Assembly (NCBI RefSeq): GCF_004010195.1
Contig: NC_057740.1
Location: forward strand, 43,331,633 to 43,395,632
Length of the DNA stretch: 64,000 bases
Source: Chiloscyllium plagiosum
Lineage: Eukaryota
Direction: 5' to 3'
Positions within the stretch are counted from its first letter, which is position 1. Each line of letters opens with the position of its first letter. This document shows positions 35,001 through 47,768 of the stretch, piece after piece. The translations under genes and the position numbers were made by a program. The notes under the pieces are model-generated. The model was not told where the DNA came from, did no database searches, and saw only the letters and a list, made by a program, of their open reading frames with translations.

Positions 35001-35410
35001 GTTTTGGATTACTACTTTAGTTAGATCCTCGGCAAGTGACTCTTATAACTATCATGTTATTCCGATCATTTGGTTTGTCTCCAGCACCACTTTATTTTTA
35101 ATTTTTTGTAATAATCTCTCTGTCTTATTTAATCGGATTGTAGGTCATTCTTTCAGCTGTTGACATTTTACTCACACCGTCTGACACTTTTGATCACCTG
35201 TAGACTTATTATTCGAAACTCCACTCACACCATTTCTTTTGATCTCTCTGCCTATAAATTCTGTGTGTGTGCTTCTTTCTCACTTCATCTGATGAAGGGG
35301 TAGTGCTCTGAAAACTTGTGATTTCAAATAAACCTATTGGACAATAACCTGGTGTTGTGAGACCTCTGACTTTGTCCACCCCAGTCCAACACAGATACCT
35401 CCACATCATA
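32001..35410 (-). mobile_element. Penelope-like retroelement family B with ~460-bp inverted terminal repeats; HE1-like SINE inserted at ~32490-32790
   Basis: RT remnants (ENLSGYVEGILKPIVQGTPSF..DTTDFL; VTMDVSALYTS.PHDDG; YTRYINNIFFLW; VSFLDTLISIKDGHLSASLYHK). 32001-32465 is the reverse complement of ~34925-35360. Confidence 0.85.
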
Positions 35411-36619
35411 ACCAAGACAGTATAAATAATCTCCCAATGGTTCCCTATGCTCTGACACATATGGAGTTAGGTGACTGGTCTGGAAAGACTGTCTGAACTA
35501 GTCACTCTTTAAAAATGTATTCCATTAAAATGCCAATATTCTAAATCTCAAACTCAAAATGATATTAATACATACACATATCAGGCATCTTTCACCACAG
35601 TAAAGTCCATCTCTGCACTGTCTATGGCAATATTATGTTTCCTGAAATAAGGAGACTAAATCTGCATTCAGTTTTCCCGGTCTAACCAAGCTTTCATAAA
35701 AGACCTCACCATCTTGTACTCAAATCCTCTTGCAGTATAGGCTAACATTCCGTTAACTTTCTAATTGCTCGCTGCATTTGCATGCTCGCCTTCACTGACT
35801 TATTCATGAGGTCATCTTTGTAGATCTACGCTTTCCAATCTCTTACCATGTGTTTTTCCTACCAAGTGGATAACGTCACATTTTCTCACAGTATATTTGA
35901 TTTGTAATCGTGTGGCCCACTGACTAATCCTGTCTAAATTCTTCTGAGAGAAAGTGAGGACTGCAGATGCTGGAGATCAGAGCTGAAAATGTGTTGCTGG
36001 AAAAGCGCAGCAGGTCAGGCAGCATCAAAGGAGCAGGAGAATCGGCGTTTCGGGCATGAGCCCTTCTTCAGGAAGCTTCTGGAGCTGCTTTACGTCTTCC
36101 TCACAACATACATATTCACACTTAGCTTTGTATCATTCACAAATTTGTAAATATTGTTTTAATCCCCATGTCCAAATCAGTGGTATAAATTGTGAACAGC
36201 TAAGGCCCAAATACTGATCCTTGTAGTAACTCACGAGTCACAGTCTACAAACATGAGAATGACCTACTTATTCCTAATTTGTTTTCTGGTTTTTGGCCAT
36301 TCATTAATCCATGACAGTACATTACCTCCTATGCCAATTTAAATTTTTGTAACCAGCATTCTGTTTGGGATGTTATCAAAAGACATTTGATAATCTTAAG
36401 CAGGCAATGTCCATTGACTTTCTATCAATTTTGTCTTAAAAAAAACTCCGACAAGTTTGTCAAACATGATTTCCCATTCGCAAATCCATGCTGACTGTCC
36501 AATCAGAACATTATTAACCAGGTACCTCTTTATCCCATCCTTTATAATAAGTTCTAGTACTACTACTTAATGTAAAGTTGTTGGGTCTGTAATTCCCTGT
36601 TTTCTCTCTTGCTTCTTTT

Positions 36620-36945
36620 ATAGAATCCCTACAGTGTGCAAACAGGCCATTTGGCCCAACAAGTCCACACCAACCCTCCTCAGAGTATCCCACCCAGACC
36701 TATTCCCCTACCCTATCACTGTACATTCCCCTGACTAATGCACCTAGCCTACACATCCCTGAACATTATGGGCAATTTAGCACAGCCAGCTCACCTGATC
36801 TGCACATCTTTGGACTATGGGAGGCACCCACGCTGACACAGGGAGGATGTGCAAACTCCACACAGACAGTCGCACCCAGGCTGGGATTGAATCTGGGTCC
36901 CTGGCGCTGTGAGGCAGCAGTGCTAACCACTGAGCCACCATGCCG
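36620..36945 (-). mobile_element. HE1-like SINE
   Basis: Reverse complement of the 61910-62232 element, near full length. Confidence 0.8.
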
Positions 36946-36949
36946 ACTA

Positions 36950-38640
36950 AATGGGTGAGATTCTTAATGAGTACTTTACATTGGTATTAACTGAGGAGAG
37001 GGACATGATGGATGTTGAGGTTACAGATAGATGTTTGATTTCTCTAGCTCAAGTTGGCATAAGGAAGGAGGAAGTGTTCAGTAATCTAAAAGGTATTAAG
37101 GTGGACAAGTCCCCTGGTCCGGATGGGATCTATCCCAGGTTACTGAGGAACGCGAGAGGAAATAGTTAGGGCCTTAGCAGATATCTTTGCAACATTCTTA
37201 AACACAGGTGAGGTCCCAGAGGACTGGAGGATTGCTAATGTTGTCCCCTTGTTTAAGAAGGGTATCAGGGATAATTCAGGTAATTATAGACAGGTGAGCC
37301 TGACGTCAGTGATAGGGAAGCTGCTGGAGAAGATACTAGAGATAGGATCTATTTACATTTGGAAGAAAATGGGCGTATCGGTGATTGGCAGCATGGTCTT
37401 GTGCAGGGAAGGTCATGTCTTACCAACGCAATAGAATTCTTTGAGGAAGTGGTAAAGTTGATTGTGGGAAGGGCTGTAGATGTCATACACATGGACTTCA
37501 GTAAGGTGTTTGATGAGGTTTCCCATGGTAGGCTGATGGAGAATGTGAAGTTGCATGGGATCCAGGGTGTATTTGCGAGATGGATAGAGAACTGGCTGGA
37601 CAACAGGTGAAAGTACTAGTGGAAGGGAGTTCCTCAAAACGGAGAGCTGTGAGCAGTGGTGTTCCACAGGGATCTGTGTTGGGACCACTGTTGTTTGTGA
37701 TAAACATAAATGATGTGGAGGAAGGTATAGGTGGTCTGATTAGCAAGTTTCAGATGACAATAAGATTGATGGAGTAGCAGATAGAGAAGGGGACTTACAG
37801 AGAATACAGCAGAATATAGATAGATTGGAGAGTTGGGCAGAGAAATGGCAGATGGAGTTCAATCCAGGCAAATGCGAAGATCCAATTCAAGAGCGACTAT
37901 ACAGTAAATGGAAAAGTCCTGGAGAAAATTGATGCAGAGAAAGATGAGTGTTCAGGTCCATTGTTCCCTGAAGGTGGTAATGCAGGTCGATAGAGTGGTC
38001 AAGAAGGCATACGGCATGCTTTCCTTCACTGGACGGGGTATTGAGTATAAGAATTGGCAGGTCATGTTACAACTGTGTAAGACTTTGGTTCAGCCACAAT
38101 TTGGAATACTGCGTACAGTTCTGGTCATCACATTACGAAAAGAATATGGATGCTTTGGAGAGAGTGCAGGGGAGGTTCAGGAGGATGTTGCCTGATATGG
38201 AAGGCCTAGCTATGAAGAGAGGTTGAGTAGATTATGATTATTTTCATTAGAAAGACAGAGGTTGAGGGGGGGACCTGATTGAGGTGTACAAAATCATGAG
38301 AGGTATAGACAGGGTGGATAGCAAGATGCTTTTTCCCAGAGTGGGGGACTCAATTACTAGGGGTCACGAGTTCAAAGTGAGAGGGGAAAAGTTTTAGGGA
38401 CATCTGTGTGAAAAGTTCTTTATGCAGAGGGTGGTGGGTGCCTGGAATGCATTGCCAGCGGAGGTGGTAGAGGCTGGCATGGTAGCTTCATTTAATATGT
38501 ATCTAGACAGATACAGGAATGGGCAGGGAGAAAAGGGATACAGATCCTTAGAAAATAGACGGCAGGTTTAGATAGTGGATCTGGATCGGCACAGGCTTGG
38601 AGGACCGAAGGGCCCGTTTCTGTTCTTGTGCTCTAATTTT
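36950..38640 (+). mobile_element. CR1-type LINE RT region, frameshifted
   Basis: DKSPGPDGIYPRLLR; PEDWRIANVVPLFKKG..NYRQVSLTSVIGKLLEKIL; QHGLVQGRSCLTN; [20 protein letters not shown]. Confidence 0.9.
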
Positions 38641-39364
38641 CTTTGTTCCTTCTGAAATAGTGGGGTAACGTTTGCTGCTTTCCAATCCACAAGAATTACA
38701 GTATTCCAGAATGTATAGAATTTTGAAAATAATCAATGTGTCAGCCAGCTCTCTAAACAACTCCTTAATACACTGGGGTGAAGGTCATCAGTTCCTGAGG
38801 ATTTATTAACCGTCAGCCCCATTCTTGTTGGTAATACCAATTTCCTTCAACTCCTCATTCTTTCCCACATTTTTCAGCTGTTGCTACATAAAGTTAGGAA
38901 TAAAATAGCTTGTCCTCCAGTTGGCTCCCCCAACATGCTGCTCTAGATAACCATTCCTAAAATAGAGTCCATACATTGTTCTTCTGATCTGAAATCCTCC
39001 CTTACTAATGTACTGATCCCACCTGTTCTGTTCAGTGTGTCTCCAATGCCTTTTCCCTTATCTGTGCTTGTTAAACATCAAATGTTCTTGAATATTCAAT
39101 TCCTACTCCTGGTCACCATGTACTTATTTATCTCTATTTGTGCCTTAAGATCACCTACCTGCCTTCAGAGTGTACCCAACTTTGTCTTTTAACAAGACTT
39201 GTTTTATCCATCCAATTCCAGTGCCTGCTTGGTAACTAATCTCTCTATTCTGTTGCTGAGATAAATTCAAGGCTTGCGTAAAGTCGAGAACCTCTAGTTA
39301 GAGCCACTGTCGAATAACTTGTGGAAGTTCCAATAAGTCAGCTCCATGGGTGTTCCCATTCAGT

Positions 39365-40140
39365 CCAACGCCGCTGGGGGAATGGTCCACTGGCCGCGGC
39401 GGAGGACTACATCTCCCACAATGCCCAGTGCTCCATTATCACGTGATTCCTTTCGTTGCGTGGCTGCCTTCCGATTGGTGAAGCTTGCTACCACTGCTCG
39501 TTGACTGGTGGCGCTTGTTGTTCCGGGTGCTGATTGGTGGAGAGCGGTACCGGTCCTTGATTGGACACATTGTGATTTGCTACTTTGTGGCCGCGCTGCG
39601 ATTGGTCGGAGCCGGTGACGTGGGCGATTGTATCCAGAGCGCGGGGTCAGTGACTCGGAGCCGAGTCTCCGGCCACGGGCCACCCCCCCATCCCCCCCAC
39701 CCAGAGCCACAGCGGAGATCCCCACCCCCCACCTCCACCCCCTCACCCCCAGCGGATACCCTTCCCGGATAGGCCCCGGACCTAGAGCGGACACCCCCAG
39801 GACAGGCCCAAGAGCCAGAGCGGAGACAACTCCGGACCGAGCCCACAGTCCGTCTCGCCGCAGCCCGGCCCGGGGTCCCGGCTCCGGCCCGGCCCGGCCC
39901 CGGCCCCGCGGCGGCCATGGCTCACCAGCAGAGCAGCAGCTCCCAGAAGGCGCTGATGTTGGAGCTGAAGAGCCTCCAGGAGGAGCCGGTGGAGGGTTTC
40001 CGCATCACCCTGGTCGACGAGTCCGACCTCTACAACTGGGAAGTGGCGATCTTCGGGCCGCCCAACACTCACTACGAGGGCGGCTACTTCAAGGTGAGGC
40101 CGAGGCCTCGGGCTGGGCCGGGCCGGGCGGGAGGGAGGGA
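39365..40140 (+). promoter_or_regulatory. CpG island / CDC34 promoter
   Basis: ZNF143-type ACTACATCTCCCACAATGC (39406-39424), E-box ATCACGTGAT (39438-39447), four inverted CCAAT boxes (ATTGG at 39474, 39533, 39560, 39601) and TGACGT (39616). Confidence 0.8.
39917..40093 (+). CDS. CDC34: CDC34/UBE2R ubiquitin-conjugating enzyme, exon 1
   Basis: gccATGG; MAHQQSSSSQKALMLELKSLQEEPVEGFRITLVDESDLYNWEVAIFGPPNTHYEGGYFK|gtgagg (177 nt). Named CDC34 from SHC2-TPGS1 synteny; the sequence is also very UBE2R2-like. Confidence 0.9.
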
Positions 40141-41271
40141 GGTTTGGGGGCTGTTGGGAGGGGCCTGTGTTTTTAGTGACAGTTTGGGGGGGGGGGTTGG
40201 TGAAATGGTCCCTGGGGTTAAGGGGATAATTCTCCCCCAGATTTATCTGGTGTTGGGCTGGGTGGGGGTATTTGTTCTCTCTCCAGCCCGGTTTGGTGCA
40301 GGATGTAGGGGGTTGGGTTTGGTGCTGATTTCGTACAGACATTTGGAACTCTGGGCCGCGAGTGTGAGCCGCCATATGGCCTGGAGATCCCTGGATCTAT
40401 GGGATCTATCACCTCCTCTTCTATAGCTGATTGAGATCTCCTTCGTGAGACACTGTGGTGGAATTTTATAACATGGAGAGGCCGTTCAGTCCATTGTGTC
40501 TGTTCCAGTCAAAGCTTTGACAAAGGGTCAGTTAGACTCGAAACGTTCAGCTCTTTTCTCTCCCTATAGATGCTGCCAGACCTGCTGAGATTTTCCAGCA
40601 TTTCCCCTATTAACTAGTTGTTTTGTCTTTGTTTCCAAGATTCTGCTTTTTGCAGCCTGTGATTGCTCTTTCTTCAGAATCTCCTGATATATGGTTTGTG
40701 CTGCTTCTGTTCCTGTTCATTACAGATTTCCATCTCTACATCACCAACTATTCTGGGTGGAATTCTGGAGTTCCCATCTGTCCCCCTTGAAAGACTCCTT
40801 TAAAGCTGACCTTATCTCTCCTGCACCCTCCTCTTTGACCAAATTTCTGATCACCTGCCTTAATATCATGGCTTATGTCAAATTTTGTTTCATAATTTGG
40901 ATATGTTAAAGATGTTACAAGAATACAAGTTGCTTTGCTTGGTTTCCAGTGTCAAGCCCACAATCATGTGTGAATTTACTCATCGGTGTCGGCACATAAG
41001 GGGTAACTAAGTTTTTCTCAGGAAATTCGCAAGCTAACATATGGGTGGTGTTCTGTTTTAAATTGGTTTAAGAATGAATATTGGTTCCAGGACACTAGAA
41101 AGAACTTATTTGTTTTGCAGAAATGTACATAGGATTGTTTACAGCCAAAAGTGACAGATGAGTCTTTGAATGTTTCATTAGAAGAGCAGCCCTTTTGGTG
41201 GGGGGTGGGATCGATATTGGAATTTGGTGTCCCTTGCTTGCCTAAATGCTGCTATTTGTTTCCTCTCCCAG

Positions 41272-41358
41272 GCACAATTGACATTTCCTATGGATTATCC
41301 ATACTCTCCACCCACATTCCGCTTCCTCACTAAGATGTGGCATCCCAATATCTATGAG
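41272..41358 (+). CDS. CDC34: CDC34/UBE2R exon 2
   Basis: ctctcccag|AQLTFPMDYPYSPPTFRFLTKMWHPNIYE|gtaagc (87 nt); HPN motif of E2 enzymes. Confidence 0.92.
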
Positions 41359-41533
41359 GTAAGCTTAGCCTCTTTTTTTTGGGTGGGGTGCAAAAGAGTA
41401 AGTTCATGGGGCTGAGCAGTGTTTGGACCCTCCACTGGGTGGGAGAGGTGTGGGGGGCAGTCGGTCAGAGTCAGGAGCTTTGAGATTGTCCTGTGGGAAT
41501 GGGTGCTGAGGAAATCTTTCTCTCTCCCTGCAG

Positions 41534-41631
41534 AATGGGGACGTGTGTATTTCAATTCTGCATCCACCAGTTGATGACCCGCAGAGTGGAGAGCTCCCCT
41601 CTGAGAGATGGAATCCCACCCAAAATGTCAG
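41534..41631 (+). CDS. CDC34: CDC34/UBE2R exon 3 (catalytic Cys and acidic loop)
   Basis: ccctgcag|NGDVCISILHPPVDDPQSGELPSERWNPTQNV(R)|gtacaa (98 nt); carries the Cdc34-type acidic loop insertion. Confidence 0.93.
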
Positions 41632-41789
41632 GTACAAGCTCCAAAAATCAGTGCAATTGTTTTCACAGGAGTCTGCTATAAGTTATGTTTTGTGTTGCTG
41701 CTTGAATGTGCTGTGTCTCCCCTCCCCTGTCTTACCTCTAATCTCTGGTTTTTGCCTGTACTTAACATTCTCTTCCTGATTCACGACAG

Positions 41790-41924
41790 GACAATTCTCC
41801 TAAGTGTCATTTCACTGTTGAATGAACCAAACACGTTTTCTCCTGCTAATGTGGATGCTTCAGTGATGTTCAGGAAGTGGCGGGACAGTAAAGGAAAGGA
41901 TCGAGAGTATGCAGAGATTATTAG
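41790..41924 (+). CDS. CDC34: CDC34/UBE2R exon 4
   Basis: gacag|G ACA ATT...TILLSVISLLNEPNTFSPANVDASVMFRKWRDSKGKDREYAEII(R)|gtgagt (135 nt). Confidence 0.93.
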
Positions 41925-42669
41925 GTGAGTCTAAGTCTGTCTAAAATCTGATCGATATGGGATATGATCGTGTGAGTTTCTGTGCTATGGCTAAGACTTG
42001 GTGCTGTAGCAGGCTGTTGTGGTTAATGTGATGACCTGGAGCTCTGCCTGGTGATATGTGGAGTTGCTAAAAAGGGTGAGATTGGCCAAAATGCTTCACT
42101 ATTGCACTTGGACCAAATCAGAGTCAGAGTCTCGGCTACTTCAGCTGAGATGGCTATCATCACTGCTACAAACTGGTACAGTGAAGGATTGGAAGGAAAT
42201 GGAGGTTGTGCTGGAGCTTGCGATGAGTTGTAGTCTGGCGGTAAGAAATTGGGACAAGGGCAGGAGCCAGAGCCAGGTGATTGAGTGTACTGTGGTATAT
42301 CAGGATATGACTGACCATTGGTGTCTCCCAGGGACCTGCATTAGCTTTTTGTGGTTTTATAAATGGCTTGAATGAAGGAGGAGAGTTTATGGCCAAGTTT
42401 GCTAAAGACACAAAGGTAGATGCCATGATAAAATAATTCAGATGCAGCAGGAAGATTTTGTTTTGTTTGATCAGGGCATGGAGTTGGAGTTGCTTGCAAA
42501 GATGGCAAGCCACAGCCTTGTAAATAAATGTCCGACACAGACGTTTCTCTCACAATTGACAAATCGATTAAATTGCTGTAGGTGTGGTGTCTTGGGTAAG
42601 GATGACAGATTTCCATCCCTAAAGATCATGAGATGCTAACCTCATTCCAGCCTTGGTCCAAATGTTAGC

Positions 42670-42820
42670 GTATTTTGAGAAAATGTGTAGCTCAGGTTGA
42701 GGTTCTGGATGTAGGTTTGCTAGCTGAGCTGGAAGGTTTGTTGTCAGACGTTTCGTCACCATACATCTTCAGTGAGCCTTCAAATGAAGCACTGGTGGTG
42801 TAGCCTGCTCTCTATTTATA
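42670..42820 (-). mobile_element. PLE family C terminus
   Basis: Reverse complement reads ggctcaCTGAAGATGTATGGTGACGAAACGTCtgac...cttccagctcagc...; same family as 14100-14249. Confidence 0.75.
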
Positions 42821-42821
42821 C

Positions 42822-43988
42822 AGAGTCATAGAGATGTACAGCACGGAAACAGATCCTTCGGTCCAACCCGTCCATGCCGACCAGATATCCCAACCCAATC
42901 TAGTCCCACCTGCCAGCACCCAGCCCATACCCCTCCAAACCCTTCCTATTCATATACCCATCCAAATGCCTCTTAAATGTTGCAATTGTACCAGCCTCCA
43001 CCACATCATCTGGAAGCTCATTCCATACATATACCACCCTCTGTGCGAATAAGTTGCCCCTTAGGTCTCTTTTATATCTTTCCCCTCTCATCCTAAACCT
43101 ATGCCCTCTAGTTCTGGACTCCGCGACCCCAGGGAAAAGACTTTGTCTATTTATCCTATCCATGCCCCTCATAATTTTGTAAACCTCTATAAGGTCACCC
43201 CTCAGCCTCCGACGCTCAGGGGAAAACAGCCTCTCCCTGTGGCTCAGAGCCTCCAACCCTGGCAACATCCTTGTAAATCTTTTCTGAACCCTTTCAAGTT
43301 TCACAACATCTTTCCGATAGGAAGGAGACCAGAATTGCATGCAATATTCCAACAGTGGCCTAACCAATGTCCTGTACAGCCGCAGCATGACCTCCCAACA
43401 CCTGTACTCGATACTCTGACCAATAAAGGAAAGCATACCAAACACCTTCTTCACTATCCTATCTACCTGCGACTCCACTTTCAAGGAGCTATGAACCTGC
43501 ACTCCAAGGTCTCTTTGTTCAGCAACACTCCCTAGGACCTTACCATTAAGTGTATAAGTCCTGCTAAGATTTGCTTTCCCAAAATGCAGCACCTCGCGGT
43601 TATCTGAATTAAACTCCATCTGCCACTTCTCAGCCCATTGGTCCATCTGGTCCAGATCCTGTTGTGATCTGAGGTAACCCTCTTCTCTACACCTCCAATT
43701 TTGGTGTCATCTGCAAACTTACTAACTGTACCTCTTACACTCATCCAAATCATTTATGTAAATGACAAAAAGTAGAGGACCCAGCACCGATCCTTGTGGC
43801 ACTCCACTGGTCACAGGCCTCCAGTCTGACAAACAACCCTCTACCACCACCCTCTGTCTTCTACCTTTGAGTCAGTTCTGTATCCAAATGGCTAGTTCTC
43901 CCTGTATTCCATGAGATCTAACCTTGCTAATCAGTCTCCCATGGGGAACCTTGTCAATGCCTTCCTGAAGTCCATATAGATCATGTCT
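42822..43988 (-). mobile_element. Young CR1-type LINE 3' end in CDC34 intron 4
   Basis: 248-aa open RT C-terminus (WAEKWQMEFNSD...LYRTLVRPLLEYCMQFWSP...RRLRGDLIEVYKIMRG) with SKFADDTKIGG upstream. Confidence 0.92.
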
Positions 43989-44009
43989 GGGACATCTTGA
44001 CGGATACAT

Positions 44010-44228
44010 TGAGATTTGAAAAGTATGGTGCTGGAAAAGCACAGCAGCTCAGGTAGCATCTGAGGAGCAATTGAGTGGACATTTCGAGCATAAGCTCTTC
44101 ATCAGGAAGGGCTTATGCTCGAAATGTCGACTCTCCTGCTCCTCAGATGCTGCCTGACCTGCTGTGCTTTCCCATCACCACACTTTTCAATTCTGATCTC
44201 CAGCATCTGCGGTCCTCACTTCTCCTAG
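44010..44228. mobile_element. Palindromic PLE family A-related element in CDC34 intron 4
   Basis: Inverted arms around cataagctcttcatcaggaagggcttatgctcgaaatgtc. Confidence 0.75.
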
Positions 44229-44979
44229 ATACCTTAATAGGTCGGGAATAGCGGGAAATAATCATGTAGAGGCAACGGGTTTTTAATTTAGAAAGGCATT
44301 ATGGGTCATCACAGGCTGGGTGGGCTGAAAGATCTGTTCCTGTGATGTACAGTTCTTTGTTCTTTATTTAAGTCACTGCATGGATCTTGAGATCTGCACA
44401 TGGTGAATTCAGAAGAACAAAGGGGAATGGATTGGGGCTTGGGTTGGTATTAGTTAGCACTAATTGGCCCTGAAGCTATAAAGGGCTATGTAGTTTATAG
44501 ACAGGCAGATTTTGGAATTGGAGATTGTAATGTGTGTGGGGTGGTCCAAAGGCAAAGGTTGGCACAGAGGGTCTAAGGGGTCATGGGCATGGAGGCATAG
44601 CTAGACATCATATAGTGTGTGTAGGTATGGAAGGGCTTGGAGAGTCTGTGAGAGTGCTTAATATTTTCATCTTTCTTTTTAAAATTTGGATATACTACTG
44701 GTGCCCTAAGGTCGACTTATTACTCAGTCCACTTCTGCACCTGGCATTCTCACCGCTACATTTGGGATAAAGGTTCCCCTGACTTCTCGTCTAGTCCATT
44801 ACCAATCTCCAGCCTCACTCTCCCAGACTGGAAAATCCAGTGTCTGTGCACACAATAGAAATCCATCCTGATCCATTAATAATAATCCCTGTCTGCACCA
44901 TGAGCAAGCCAGCAGAGTGATTTATACTGAGCTGCACCCCACAACTGAGATGGTCTAATCGCACAATGTTTGGATGATT

Positions 44980-45465
44980 GCTGATGAAGGGCTCATGCCC
45001 GAAAAGTCAATTGTCCTGCCCCTCAGATGCTGTCTGACTTGCTATATTTTTCCAGCACCACATTCATGACTCTGACCTCCAGCGTCTGCAGTCCTCACTT
45101 TCTCTTAGTTGATGTCAACCTTACTGCGAAGCCTCTTCCAAGGATGCCCACCTTGAAGAAGTTGTCCTCCTCTCTCCTCCCTCAGTGAGTCTCTCTCTCA
45201 CTGTACCCCTCAGGTCCTCACCTCTGCCCTGAAGCTCTCCAGCCATGTCCTCAAGCTGACTCGCTACCACAGCCACATCTCCTTCCTCAGTTACTGCCTA
45301 TGGAACCGACCAATCCCACATGGACTCCGGACCCCATTTAGACCTGAACAGGATAGCCAGTACACACTACGAATCCAAAACCTTCAGCAACGATTCTCTT
45401 TCCGGATCCTAGGCTTCACGCTGTCAGCCATGCACCGCCATCTACTCTCCCCAGAGCCACACTCT
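44980..45465 (+). mobile_element. PLE family A terminal repeat followed by probable 5' internal sequence
   Basis: CTGATGAAGGGCTCATGCCCGAAAAGTC, then the family-A arm, then a pyrimidine-rich continuation. Confidence 0.55.
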
Positions 45466-46100
45466 CCCAGACCATCTAAACCCTTAACACTATGGCAGTC
45501 CCAGTCTGTGTTTGGAAAGTTAAAATCCCTGACTATAATCACCCTATTATTCTTACAGGTAACTGAAACCTCCTCACAAATGTATTTCTCAATTTCCCTC
45601 TGACTATGAGGGGGTCTATTATACAATCCCAAAAAGATGATCACCTTTCTCAGTTCCACCCACTTCACTTCCCTGGATGTATTTCCGGGAATATCCTCCC
45701 TCAGCACAGCTGTAATGCTATCCCTTATCAAAAATGCCCCCTCCTCTCTTGCCTCCCTTTCTGTCCTTCCTGGAGCATTTGTATCCTGGAACATTAAGCT
45801 GCCAGTCCTGCCCATCCCTGAGCCATTTTTCTGTAATTTATATGATATCCCAGTCCCATGTTCCTAACCATGCCCTGAGTTCATCTGCCTTCCCTGTTAG
45901 GCCCCTTGCATTGAAATAAATGCAGTTTAATTTATTAGTCCTACCTTGTCTCTGCCTGCCCTGACTGTGACTCACTTCTCTCAGCTGTACCTGTCTCAGA
46001 CCGATCTCTTTCCTCACTATTTCCCTGGGTCCCACCCGCACCTTACTAGTTTAAATCCTCCCAAGCAGTTCTAGCAAACTTCCCTGCCAGTATATGTTTG
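45465..46100 (-). mobile_element. CR1 ORF2 endonuclease-region fragment
   Basis: LNCIYFNARGLTGKADELRAWLGTWDWDII...; LYNRPP; VRDFNFPNTDW (APE-type endonuclease motifs). Confidence 0.8.
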
Positions 46101-46141
46101 GTTTCCCTTGGTTTCAAACATCTACTGCCCCTTTGTATATT

Positions 46142-46213
46142 TGCAAGATGTGTGCAAGATGTGTGCAAGATGTGTGCAAGATGTGTGCAAGATGTGTGCA
46201 AGATGTGTGCAAG
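46142..46213. repeat. 11-bp tandem repeat
   Basis: (TGCAAGATGTG) x ~6.5, perfect. Confidence 0.9.
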
Positions 46214-47768
46214 TGATCCCTTTAGAAGCATGTAAATGCTCTGATGTCAGGTGGGGTTTAAATACAGGATCACTCATTTATTCTTTCACTGAATGTTTTA
46301 GGAATTTGTCTTGCTGGGAAAAGTGAGAGATCTTTCCAAGTGTATCTTTACAAATTTTGTTGGGAAGCTGGCATTGTGAATTGTTTATAGAACTGGAAGT
46401 CTAACTGTGAGAATTTGAGTTGGAGTGGCAGGTTTGTACTCAAGTTCAGTAAATAAATAGTTTCCTTGAATTTTGCCAACTCAATTTCAGAATCCATCAT
46501 CAGTGAAAACCATTTCCTAATGATCAATCTTATTCCATAAAGTAGTCCCTGTTTAGCATTTGAGTTTCAGTGCAACATTCAAACAACTACTCCTTTTGAT
46601 TCTGATGGTGTGACCATTAGAATTCTGGTTGAATTTGAAGTGTTTGCACTGCTGTTAACTTGAGACAAAGCCTTCTAGAGAAGTTTTTGTCTGTTATTTG
46701 ACTAGTGAACCACTTTAATCTTGCCTCTTCCTTTGAGTCATCTCGATTCCATCCCTGTCTCCAGCTGCGGTGGAGTGAGGATCACTTTTTCTCTTTTGGT
46801 TTCCTTTGACCTTTTCTGTCATCTTTTTTGGCATCACTTCCCTCCTCTGTCCAGTATCATGTATCAGTGGCCCGGTCAGCCGATGTGTTTCTGAGAGTGA
46901 CAGGGACCACCCAACAGATGTATGTAGACCTCACCAACCTTGAACTAAGTATTTAGATGTTATGCCAAGGTGTACAAGTGCACAGGGCTATGGACCAAGT
47001 GCTGGAAAATGGGATCAGAATAGATAGGTGGCTTTTGACTAGTGCAGGCTCTATGGGCCTAATGCAGTTTTCTGTGCTGTTGACCTCTGACACGTAAACT
47101 TATGAATCAGAGCCATCCAATGGATTATTATTATTAACTGGGGAGTAAACATTGTTCAGGTACCAGGGAGCCAGCCCCTGTTTTTCTTTCGAAAAGATCT
47201 GAGTGGCGGAACTCTGTTCACCCAGGAGAGCAGGAGGGACAACTGTGAATTGCCTGTTTCAAATGATGGTCCTTTCTTGATGGTGCCCCACTGACTGTAC
47301 TCAGACCTGTCCTGTGCCTGTTCCTCAATCAACATGGATTTCTGACAATGATACCAGACTGACCGCTCGGGGAGACTGAGCAGATGGAAGTAGCTTGTTC
47401 TGGATGGTGTGTGACAGGTGGAGGTTTTGGCATTGGCCCTGTCACATTAGCCACTTTTGCAGGAAGGCAGAACTAGAGGGTCAGAAATGTAATTCAGGAG
47501 AAACCTCTTCACTTGGCAAGTGGGCTATTGTGGGATTCACTCACATGGGGTTTAGCTGAGGTGAATGCTGCCAATAAATTTAAGGAGAGGCTGGATTGAC
47601 ATAGGAAAAGTCAATTGGAAGGATCTGCTGATGGGGTGACATGAAAAGGGGGTGGGAGGAAGCCTATGGGCTGAAGGCCTGCGTATGGCTTTCCTGGTAA
47701 ATTCTGTTGAAGCTTCGCTCGTCTGAATCTTCACTGAACCTGGAAAACTTTTTTTTAATCTTTCTCAG

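Noticed and set aside
39360-40426. Several 95-197 aa GC-rich ORFs around CDC34 exon 1
   Set aside because: CpG-island artefacts or read-through into intron 1; only 39917-40093 matches the E2.
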